Positions 1 to 7,914 of a stretch of DNA of 59,046 bases are shown piece by piece. Numbering within the stretch: position 1 is the first letter of the stretch; the number at the start of each line of letters is the position of its first letter. The translations under genes and the position numbers were made by a program. The notes below the pieces were generated by a model. It made no database searches. It was given only the letters and a program-made list of their open reading frames with translations, and was not told the DNA's origin. The DNA is from Roseiarcus sp. (lineage in GTDB: Bacteria; Pseudomonadota; Alphaproteobacteria; Rhizobiales; Beijerinckiaceae): assembly GCA_035308265.1 (NCBI GenBank), contig DATGHB010000403.1, positions 1 to 59,046 of the forward strand. Direction: 5' to 3'.

Positions 1-1126
1 CCACGCTGCCCACCATATGCCACATCAGCGCATCCAGACTGTCGAGCACATCCACAAATTTTGTTCGTGTATTTACGAAGGCAGCCCAACTAAAACCGGT
101 ATGTGTCCGAACCGCCAGCGCTGCAGTTCCCGGCAACGAGCCCGTGTGCCAGTAGTTGCGGACGCTATTGACAAAAAGCCCTTTCGCGTAACCCGGATTC
201 AACTGGGAGGGAGTCGTCATGATCGTGAGCGTGTCGGAGCTCAGTAACGGGTTACCCCTAGATCCGTCGATGCCCGCGATAAAGCGGATAAGGTCGATTG
301 GCGCAGCGATCCACCCTCCGTGCGAATCCATTCTCTTTATGTTTAAGTCGTAAGGGTCCTGACCGGCGACCTGGCTATAGTATTTAACCTCGTTTGCAGC
401 CCTTTCTGCGAGCGTATTGCCCGCGATTTGAATATTCGAAACACTAGACGGAGTCAGAAGTGCGCTTTTAATATACTGATCATACGTCTGATTCGTGATT
501 TTTTCGATTACCCGACCCAGCAAACAATATCCAAAATTTGAATAGGCGTAGTGATATCCGGGCTCCCACCGTAGGGGTTGGGCCTCCAAGGCCCAGTTGA
601 TTAATTCCTGATGATTCATCTGTTTATTTTTGAACATTGGATCATCATGGTCATTTGGCCATCCACCTGACGTATGAGTTAACAAATGCTCAATAGTAAT
701 CCTCTCAATATCCCGCCGGTAGGGAGGCGTTTTGTATTCGTCTCCCAGGATCGAATTTGGCCCGAAAACATGGTCACTTAGGCGAAGTCCGCCACCTTGC
801 ATCAGCAGTAGAATTCCTGCCGAAGTAATCGGTTTGGTGACGCTGGCGATTCTAAAGCGATGCTGCGTTGTGAGAGTTTCTTGCCTCTCTTTGTCCGCAA
901 AACCAAAGGCTTCGACGTAGACCGGCTCTCCCTTTATCGCGATGGCGACTGAAAGCCCTGGGGCTTCGTACCAGTCCATAAGATCGGCGGCCAGGTGCGC
1001 CAGCCTTTCGCGTTCCGCGGGAGTCGGCCCTGGCGGTGGCGATTGCGCAGTTGTCGGCGTTGTGCTGAGCATTCCGGCTACGCCGAGCAATGAAGCCTGC
1101 ACCACCGTTCTGCGAGTTAGGCGCAT
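1..1126 (-). CDS. Serine hydrolase (class C beta-lactamase/penicillin-binding-like), probable Tat substrate; 3' end runs off the window
   Basis: Translated by hand from ATG 1126 (AGGAGG upstream): MRLTRRTVVQASLLG... The frame is open to the edge and contains SxxK (RIASVTK), LLTHTSGG, YxN (YAYSNFGY) and HTG (WHTGSLPG). The ORF track missed it because it has no stop inside the window. Confidence 0.9.
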   Translation of the reverse strand, partial: MRLTRRTVVQASLLGVAGMLSTTPTTAQSPPPGPTPAERERLAHLAADLMDWYEAPGLSVAIAIKGEPVYVEAFGFADKERQETLTTQHRFRIASVTKPITSAGILLLMQGGGLRLSDHVFGPNSILGDEYKTPPYRRDIERITIEHLLTHTSGGWPNDHDDPMFKNKQMNHQELINWALEAQPLRWEPGYHYAYSNFGYCLLGRVIEKITNQTYDQYIKSALLTPSSVSNIQIAGNTLAERAANEVKYYSQVAGQDPYDLNIKRMDSHGGWIAAPIDLIRFIAGIDGSRGNPLLSSDTLTIMTTPSQLNPGYAKGLFVNSVRNYWHTGSLPGTAALAVRTHTGFSWAAFVNTRTKFVDVLDSLDALMWHMVGSV

Positions 1127-1380
1127 CGCCAATGCCTCCTATCGCCGCCCGCTTTAGCCTCCCCCTTTGCCTATGATCGCATGTAGCGGGTTGAGTCCTC
1201 AAACCAATCTCAAAAGACCGATCCGGGTCGATTCCGGCTGCCTGACCGGCCGATGAGCCGGGGCACTAGGCGTAAGATTTTGCAGAGCTAGCACCATCGC
1301 CGTTCGGCGCCGTCGTCTCGTTTGGACAGTTCCCGCCGGCGGCGAAAGCGCCCGGCCCGTGGGCAGGCGCCCGGCCAAAA

Positions 1381-1795
1381 AAATCGACATTTTCTTGACA
1401 GACGGGCTCGGGCCTGTTACCGTTTTTCAGAATTGAACCGCAAGGCCGGCTCGCCGTTTCATGGGGCCGGGAACGGCGCTCGCAATTCCGCGCGAAGTGA
1501 AATGGGGGTCAAGCCATTGAAAACAAACAATTCCGCGAAATGGTCCATTTCGCACCCCCAATGATTTCAAGAACTTACGACGGGGATGCGAAACGCTTCG
1601 TTTCGCTTGGCGAAATGAACCCTGTTGATTTTGCTGGCTTTCCGCCTCGTCGCGGCCCAAAACGCAAGGAGTGCGAAACCAATGGCGGCTTCGCGCGGCG
1701 GATGTTGCGCGACCCTGCGACTCGGAAATGGCGCCGCAAGCCATTGGAATCGCTCAAAACGGACTCGCAAATGGCGCCCCGGCCCGCGGGCAAGG
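1381..1795 (+). repeat. Intergenic element copy A: promoter plus structured non-coding sequence (candidate ncRNA or non-autonomous element)
   Basis: TTGACA-N17-TACCGT, then core AAGCCATTGAAAACAAACAATTCCGCGAAA (1511-1540), which matches 33308-33337 at 22/30. Hairpins at 1535-1553 and 1588-1606. No credible ORF. Confidence 0.55.
1395..1423 (+). promoter_or_regulatory. Sigma70-like promoter
   Basis: TTGACA (1395-1400), 17-bp spacer, TACCGT (1418-1423). Confidence 0.55.
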
Positions 1796-1815
1796 AGAAC
1801 CGATCAGGCGAGCCC

Positions 1816-2685
1816 TCAGTCCTTGACCACCGTCAGGTCCGGGGCGGCCGGGTTCTTCATGCCCACGACATGGTAGCCGGCGTCGACGTGGACGATCTCG
1901 CCGGTGACCCCGCGGGACATCGGCGACAGGAGATAGACCGCGCTGTCGCCGACCTCCTCGATCGTGACCGAGCGGCGCAGGGGCGAATTGTATTCGTTCC
2001 ACCGCAAGATGTAGCGGAAGTCGCCGATGCCGGAGGCGGCGAGGGTCTTGATCGGGCCGGCGGAGATCGCATTGACCCGAATCCCCTTCTCGCCGAGGTC
2101 GGCGGCGAGATAGCGGACGCTCGCCTCCAGCGCCGCCTTGGCGACGCCCATCACGTTATAGTGCGGCATCCATTTTTCCGCGCCGTAATAGGTCAGCGTC
2201 AGCATCGCGCCGCCGTTGGTCATGAGCTTCTCGGCGCGCTGCGCAAGCGCCGTGAACGAGTAGCAGGAGATGGCGAGGGATCTGGTGAAGTTGTCCTCGG
2301 TCGTGTCGATGTACCGGCCGGTGAGCTGATCCTTGTCGGAAAAGGCGATGCAATGGACGATGAAGTCTATCTTTCCCCACAAGGCTCCGGCTTCCGCGAA
2401 CACCGAATCGATCGAGCCGCCATCGGTGACGTCGCAATGGCCAAGGACATGCGCGCCCAGTTCCTGCGCGAGCGGCCGGACGCGCTTTTCCAGCGCCTCG
2501 CCCTGAAACGTGAACGCGAGTTCCGCCCCGGCCGCATGGGCGGCCCTGGCGATGCCCCAGGCGATCGAACGGTTGTTCGCCACGCCGAAGACGACCCCGC
2601 GCATGCCGCGCATGACGCCCGCGGTCAGGCCGGCTGAAAGGGTTTCATCCATCAAGGCCTCGCTCGTTCGGGCGACGGCCGTCAC
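1816..2685 (-). CDS. fabI: Enoyl-ACP reductase FabI (start may be ATG 2652)
   Basis: GVANNRSIAWGIA, YNVMGVAKAALEASVRYLA and SAGPIKTLAASGI motifs. Confidence 0.95.
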   Translation of the reverse strand: MTAVARTSEALMDETLSAGLTAGVMRGMRGVVFGVANNRSIAWGIARAAHAAGAELAFTFQGEALEKRVRPLAQELGAHVLGHCDVTDGGSIDSVFAEAGALWGKIDFIVHCIAFSDKDQLTGRYIDTTEDNFTRSLAISCYSFTALAQRAEKLMTNGGAMLTLTYYGAEKWMPHYNVMGVAKAALEASVRYLAADLGEKGIRVNAISAGPIKTLAASGIGDFRYILRWNEYNSPLRRSVTIEEVGDSAVYLLSPMSRGVTGEIVHVDAGYHVVGMKNPAAPDLTVVKD

Positions 2686-2853
2686 GCCGTCCAGGCACAG
2701 TCATCCCTTAACCTCGCCCGCCGCGCAGGGGAAGGACGAGCCTTTCGCCGACCGTCACAAAATGTGTGAGTCTGCTCATACATGTGCTTGGAACCTGGGC
2801 GCCTTCACGCTACATTGTTAAGCAGCGTTAACGCTTGTCGGGGTTAACTCTCG

Positions 2854-3420
2854 GTGTCCGTCGTGCCGCCGCTGGTCGAGTGTTTGGCTGACCTCTCGGA
2901 TTTGCGCCGATTCGGGGTGGCTTTGGCGCGAGACGACAGGTTTGTGCTTGATCAGGCCTGCGCGGCGAGGCTGGTCGATCGCCTGTTCAGACAGGCTTCG
3001 CTGGAAGCGGTGGGCGCAGGCGTCCGACGCGATACAGAGCGGGCTCGCGACGATACGCGCCTGCGCGCGTTCGCCCAATTTGTTCGCCTTCACCGCCGGC
3101 ATGTTCGGCGCCTGACCCTCGACGACGGAGAGCAGGCGTGGGACGAGAGTGCGGAAAGCGCTCGGGTCAAGGCGCCGGCTGGCGGAATCGGCGTGGCGGC
3201 GGCGGTCCGCATGCTGCCTTTGGAGTTCAGAGAGGCCCTGCTGATCGTCGTCCTTGCCGGCTTCACCCACCGGGAAGCGGCGTCGGCGCTCGATATCTCG
3301 CTGGCGACGCTGATTGCGCGGCTGACCAAGGCCCGCGAGCGCGTTGCGGCGTTGACCCATTCGCCGGCCGCGGCGGGAGCGAGGCCGAGGACGGTCCCCC
3401 ATTTGCGAGTCGTCAAGTGA
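2854..3420 (+). CDS. ECF sigma factor-like protein with clear region 4 and degenerate region 2
   Basis: LPLEFREALLIVVLAGFTHREAASALDISLATLIARLTKARE is a sigma4 HTH. C-terminal HLRVVK. Lies directly upstream of an anti-sigma gene. Confidence 0.75.
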   Translation: MSVVPPLVECLADLSDLRRFGVALARDDRFVLDQACAARLVDRLFRQASLEAVGAGVRRDTERARDDTRLRAFAQFVRLHRRHVRRLTLDDGEQAWDESAESARVKAPAGGIGVAAAVRMLPLEFREALLIVVLAGFTHREAASALDISLATLIARLTKARERVAALTHSPAAAGARPRTVPHLRVVK

Positions 3421-3446
3421 CGGAAATCTGAAGGAGCCTTGAAGCG

Positions 3447-4316
3447 ATGGAGGCCTGGCGCCTCGCGGACTTGCACGCCTACGTCGACGACTGCCTCGAG
3501 CCCGACGAGCGGCAGGCGTTCGAAATGCGGATGGCGCAGGATCCGGCGCTCGCGCGCCGCGCCGCTCTGTGGCGAACCCAAAACGGCGCGATCCGCGCGG
3601 CCTTCGACGGCGAGGGCGCGAGGGCCTTTTCGATCGCCGCCGTTCGCAGCCACAACGAAATCCTGATCAAAGGCCGGCGGCCGGCCCCGGCCGGCGGCAG
3701 GGCCTTGAGCGATGAGCCGGCGCGATTGGCGGGCCCCGCCGTCGCGGAGGCTCCGTTTTCGTCCGCGACAATCGGCGCGCCCGGCGCGTTGCGGCCGTCG
3801 CTTTTGTGGCGGCTCGGTCTTGCGGCAATGTCCCTCTGCCTCGCCTGCGTCTGGACGCCGGCCGCGACCGCGGTCCCCGCCAAAGGACTTGGCGAGGCCG
3901 GCGTCGCGGCTTTCCGGGCATTCGTCCGTCCGGGCGTTGCGCCGGTTGAACTGGCGACGGGCGACAGGGCCGAAGCGGAAGCGTGGCTGAGGACGCGGCT
4001 CATGCCTGCCCTCGCCCTCCCCGCGACTCCTTCCGCGATCAGCCTGGTCGGAGCGCGGATCGCTCCTTATCCGCGGGCGGCCGCGGCCTTTCTCGTCTAC
4101 AAGGCGCAGGAGCGACCTCTCGGGTTGCTAATCCTGTCTCTCGATGCGCCGGCAACCAGAGCCCCGGAACTTCTCGCGGCGGACGGCGCCGCCGCCGTCT
4201 GGACGTGGCGCGGCGAGGGATTCGCGCTCGTCGGCGACCTCGACGCCCCGTCACTCATGAAGGTCGCGAACGCCCTGTTCGCCTCTCCGGTCGAGGAAGC
4301 TCAGACCATGCCTTAG
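3447..4316 (+). CDS. Transmembrane anti-sigma factor family protein
   Basis: N-terminal LHAYVDDCLEPDERQAFE...DPALA, one central hydrophobic helix, and a C-terminal domain with LVGARI/WTWRGEGFALVGD. Confidence 0.8.
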   Translation: MEAWRLADLHAYVDDCLEPDERQAFEMRMAQDPALARRAALWRTQNGAIRAAFDGEGARAFSIAAVRSHNEILIKGRRPAPAGGRALSDEPARLAGPAVAEAPFSSATIGAPGALRPSLLWRLGLAAMSLCLACVWTPAATAVPAKGLGEAGVAAFRAFVRPGVAPVELATGDRAEAEAWLRTRLMPALALPATPSAISLVGARIAPYPRAAAAFLVYKAQERPLGLLILSLDAPATRAPELLAADGAAAVWTWRGEGFALVGDLDAPSLMKVANALFASPVEEAQTMP

Positions 4317-5242
4317 TGAGGCTGGTAAGGCTTTTGATCGCGCATCCTGCGCATGAGCGCGGTCAGTTCCGCGTCGGGCTCGCTCGGCAGGACGATCCGC
4401 AGCGTCGCCAGTAGATCGCCGGCCGCCGCCTCGCTGCTGGCAGGAAGACCCTTGCCCCTGAGCCTGAGCACGCGCCCGGCGTTCGCGCCCGGAGCGACGG
4501 AGAGTTCGACCTCGCCGCCGAGCGTCGGCGCCCTTACGCGCCCGCCCAAAACGGCCTCATAGAGGGTGATCGGCAATTCCATCCTGAGATCGCGCCCCTC
4601 CACCCTGAACAGCGGATGAGGTGCGTAGCGGATCGTCACCAGGACGTCGCCGGGCGACCCGCCGCGGGCGCCCGGATGGCCCTGGCCGCGCAACCGGATG
4701 GACTTGCCTTCCTCGATGCCGATGGGGACCGCGACATCCAGTGTCTTCCCGGTCGGCAGCGCGACGCGGATCGAGCCGCCGTGCGCGATCGTCTCCAGGG
4801 GCACCGCGGCCGGGACGCCAATATCTTCTCCGCGGGTCGGAGACGCGCGGGCGCGGCCGCGACCGGCCCCGAACAGTTCCGACAGGATGTCCGGGTCGAT
4901 CGAACCGCTTTCGGTCGAAAACCCGCCGCTCCCGAAGTCGAAGCCGAAATTGCGGAAGTCGCCGCGGCCGCCTCCCGGGGAGCGCCCAAAACCGAAACCC
5001 TCGAATTGCGGCGCGCGCGGCTTGCCCTCCGCGTCGATCTCGCCGTGGTCGAAGGCCTTGCGCTTCTTCTCGTCGCCAAGGATTTCATAGGCTGACCCGA
5101 CCTCGGCGAAGCGCTCCTTGGCTCTCGCTTCCTTGCTCTGGTCGGGATGGTATCGCTTGGCGAGCCTGCGAAACGCGGATTTGATTTCCGCCGCGCTCGC
5201 ATGTTTCGGAACGCCAAGAACGTCATAAGGATCGCGCGTCAT
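4313..5242 (-). CDS. DnaJ-class (CbpA-like, no zinc finger) co-chaperone
   Basis: J domain with HPD, G/F-rich linker and DnaJ C-terminal domain (IRLRGQG, LRLRGKGLP). Confidence 0.93.
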   Translation of the reverse strand: MTRDPYDVLGVPKHASAAEIKSAFRRLAKRYHPDQSKEARAKERFAEVGSAYEILGDEKKRKAFDHGEIDAEGKPRAPQFEGFGFGRSPGGGRGDFRNFGFDFGSGGFSTESGSIDPDILSELFGAGRGRARASPTRGEDIGVPAAVPLETIAHGGSIRVALPTGKTLDVAVPIGIEEGKSIRLRGQGHPGARGGSPGDVLVTIRYAPHPLFRVEGRDLRMELPITLYEAVLGGRVRAPTLGGEVELSVAPGANAGRVLRLRGKGLPASSEAAAGDLLATLRIVLPSEPDAELTALMRRMRDQKPYQPH

Positions 5243-5418
5243 GAGCCCGTCTTTCGGCCTCAGCCTTCAGGAAGCGCAAAGGCCAATGTCTCCGTTCCCC
5301 ATTTGGCCCTTTGCCCGGCGGCGCGCAAGGGCGGGAGCGGCGCCCATGCCGGTTGCCGGGCCGGCGCGGGCCGCGATAGTGTCGGCGCCGGCCCTTTCTC
5401 TCCAGGAGCCTCCGCATC

Positions 5419-6033
5419 TTGAACGATTCGAACACGGCTGGCTTTACCGAGGCTCACGATCCGTTCGCCCTGTTCGGCCTTTGGTTCGCCGAGGCAAGGG
5501 CGGCGGAGATCAACGATCCGGAGGCGATGGCGCTCGCCACCGTCGATGCGGACGGTCTGCCCGACGCGCGGATGGTGCTGTGCAAGGGGGCCGACGAGAG
5601 GGGCCTCGTGTTCTACACCAATATCGAGAGCGCCAAGGGGCGCGAGCTCGAGGCGCGCCCAAGGGCGGCGGCGCTTTTCCACTGGAAGTCGCTGCGCCGC
5701 CAGGCCCGGTTCCGCGGCGCCGTGACACAGGTGAGCGCGGCCGAAAGCGACGCCTATTTCGGCTCCCGGCCGCGGGGGAGCCAGATCGGCGCCTGGGCGA
5801 GCCAGCAGTCGCGGGCGCTTGCCTCCCGCGCCGACCTCGAAGCGGCCGTCGAGGCCTACGAGCGGCGGTTCGGAACCGGCGGCGTGCCGCGGCCGGACTA
5901 TTGGCGCGGCTACCGCCTCGAGCCCTCGGAGATCGAGTTCTGGCTCGACCGGCCGTCGCGATTGCACGAGCGCCTGCAGTTCAAACGCGCGGCGCCGGGC
6001 GGCCCTTGGGAGAAGCGGCTGCTTTGTCCGTGA
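5419..6033 (+). CDS. pdxH: Pyridoxamine 5'-phosphate oxidase
   Basis: [43 protein letters not shown] and IEFW...RLHER motifs. Confidence 0.95.
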   Translation: MNDSNTAGFTEAHDPFALFGLWFAEARAAEINDPEAMALATVDADGLPDARMVLCKGADERGLVFYTNIESAKGRELEARPRAAALFHWKSLRRQARFRGAVTQVSAAESDAYFGSRPRGSQIGAWASQQSRALASRADLEAAVEAYERRFGTGGVPRPDYWRGYRLEPSEIEFWLDRPSRLHERLQFKRAAPGGPWEKRLLCP

Positions 6034-6049
6034 ACGGAGCGCAAGACAG

Positions 6050-6335
6050 GCCTCGGCGCCACAAGACGCCAATAAACGCAAGCAAATATGAATAAGCGGT
6101 AGTAAAAGTGCTGGCGTTTACTAGCGCTTTTTTTCGGAATCGTGACTTTTCAAAGGGCTATGGCCGATTCAAATAAAAGGAAATCGCGCGGCGTCTCAGA
6201 TTGTCTGCGAAGCGTCTCAAGCGGTTTCCGCCTCTCATTTCTCCTCTCCGGCGCTCCAAGGCGCGAGTTCGATCCCGGCGATGAAACAAAAGTAGCACGG
6301 CTTCTGGTTTTTTGTAAAGAGATTGTCACAAAATC
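6050..6335 (-). repeat. Intergenic element copy B
   Basis: The reverse complement aligns in blocks with 33160-33420. Core 6130-6159 is 27/30 identical to 33308-33337. Promoter-like TTTACA-N18-TACTTT at 6318-6289. Confidence 0.75.
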
Positions 6336-6422
6336 TGCTTTTCCGCTCCGGAGCGCGGGCGCTGGCGGGAGGCCAGCCGGCGCTCCGGGTCGGCGCGCCT
6401 CCGACTTCACGAAGGACCGCCC

Positions 6423-6857
6423 ATGAATGACCGGCTCTATCCGTCGCGCCCCATCCTCGCGGTCTCGGCCGCGGTATTCCGGCAAGGCCGCGTCCTCATC
6501 GTGCGCCGGGCGCGGGCGCCGCTGATCGGCCATTTCAGCCTTCCCGGCGGTGGAGTCGAGGTGGGCGAGACGCTCGCCCAGGCGCTCGCCCGAGAACTCA
6601 TGGAGGAGGTCGGGATCGAGGCCGAGATCCTCGCCTTCAACCGGCATGTCGAAGCGATCGCGCACGAGGGAAACCGGGTGAAGAGGCATTTCGTCATCGC
6701 CTCGTTCGTGGCGAGGTGGACGCGCGGCGAGCCGTGCTTGAGCGACGAAGTCGACGCCGCCGACTGGATCGACCCGGCCGCCCCGCCGTCGCCGACGACG
6801 CCGGGGCTCGCCGAGGTTCTTACCAGCGCCGTGCGGATCGCATTGGGGCGCGGGTGA
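6423..6857 (+). CDS. NUDIX hydrolase
   Basis: Nudix box GGGVEVGETLAQALARELMEEVGI. Confidence 0.92.
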   Translation: MNDRLYPSRPILAVSAAVFRQGRVLIVRRARAPLIGHFSLPGGGVEVGETLAQALARELMEEVGIEAEILAFNRHVEAIAHEGNRVKRHFVIASFVARWTRGEPCLSDEVDAADWIDPAAPPSPTTPGLAEVLTSAVRIALGRG

Positions 6858-6924
6858 CGCCGCCGCCTGCCGGAAGTCCTTGGCGCGGCGCGGATCGCAA
6901 GCGGGGGCGCGTGAGGTGAGGTTC

Positions 6925-7914
6925 CTATTGCGCGGCCCCGACCTTGGGGGCGCCGCTCGTCCGCACGGCTTCGCGCCCGGCAAGAGCGAGCACAAGAATG
7001 ACGACGACGCCCTGCACCATGTCCTGCGAGCCGGGCGGGAGCTGCATGATTTGCATCAGCGTCACCATCAGGATCAAAAGGACGCTGGCGAAGAAGACGC
7101 CGATGGCCGAGGCCGAGCCGCCGAAAATGAGGGTTCCGCCGATCACCACCGCCGCAACCGATTGCAGCAGGTAGGGCTGCCCCATTTCAAGAAACGCGCC
7201 GCCCACATAGGCGCCGAGAACCAGTCCCATCAGCGAGGCCAGGACGCCGGATATCACGAAGGCGGCCGCGACCACCCGCTCCACCGGGATTCCCGCGAGA
7301 CGGGCCGCGACGCGGTTCTGCCCGACCGCGCTCAAGGTCCGTCCATAGACGGTCCGCCGCAGAATGAATTCCGTCAGGGCGATCAGGGCGATACAGACCA
7401 GGAGCATGATCGGCGCCCCGAGCAACCGGCCGGCTGCGACGGAATTGAGGGAGGGGCTCACGGCGAACCCGTGGATCGAGCGGTTGCTCAGGAGCGTGGC
7501 GGTCGCCAGCACATAGCCCGTGGCTAGCGTCGCGATGATGGCGGGAATCCTCAAGCCTATCACCAAGGCGGCGTTGACGGCGCCGACCAGGAAACCGAGG
7601 CAAAGCGCGACCAGAACGCCCGTGGCGAGGTTTGCGTCCCGTCCGCCGATCGTCAGCAGGGCCACATAGGCGCTGAGCGTGACGACGGAGGGAATCGACA
7701 GGTCGATATTGCCCCGACCGGTCGTCACGACAAACATCTGCCCGACGCCGACGATCGTGAGGTACGAAGCCGAGAGAAGAATCCCCGACAAGCTCGCCAC
7801 GCTGAACCGCTCGGTGACCGCAGAGAGCGCGCCCCAAAAGATCAGCACCGCCAGCGCCGACCAGATCCAGCGCTGCGAATGGGCAAGCTCGAGGAATTTG
7901 CGCAGCGGGTTCAT
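6925..7914 (-). CDS. Sugar ABC transporter permease (RbsC-like)
   Basis: Multiple TM helices; GNIDLS, GRTLSAVGQNRVAARLAGI and SVAAVVIGGT motifs. Confidence 0.92.
   Translation of the reverse strand: MNPLRKFLELAHSQRWIWSALAVLIFWGALSAVTERFSVASLSGILLSASYLTIVGVGQMFVVTTGRGNIDLSIPSVVTLSAYVALLTIGGRDANLATGVLVALCLGFLVGAVNAALVIGLRIPAIIATLATGYVLATATLLSNRSIHGFAVSPSLNSVAAGRLLGAPIMLLVCIALIALTEFILRRTVYGRTLSAVGQNRVAARLAGIPVERVVAAAFVISGVLASLMGLVLGAYVGGAFLEMGQPYLLQSVAAVVIGGTLIFGGSASAIGVFFASVLLILMVTLMQIMQLPPGSQDMVQGVVVILVLALAGREAVRTSGAPKVGAAQ

Noticed and set aside
1427-1876. Several short ORFs, and the 5' part of ORF 1540..2637, over element A
   Set aside because: They overlap on both strands, have no protein motifs, and are translations of a repeat or the antisense of fabI.
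2790-2816. GGAAC...CATT as an EcfG-type promoter for the sigma gene
   Set aside because: The spacer is 18 bp, longer than the expected 16-17 bp.
2817-2848. CtrA box (three GTTAA half-sites)
   Set aside because: Spacings are N6 and N12, not TTAA-N7-TTAA.
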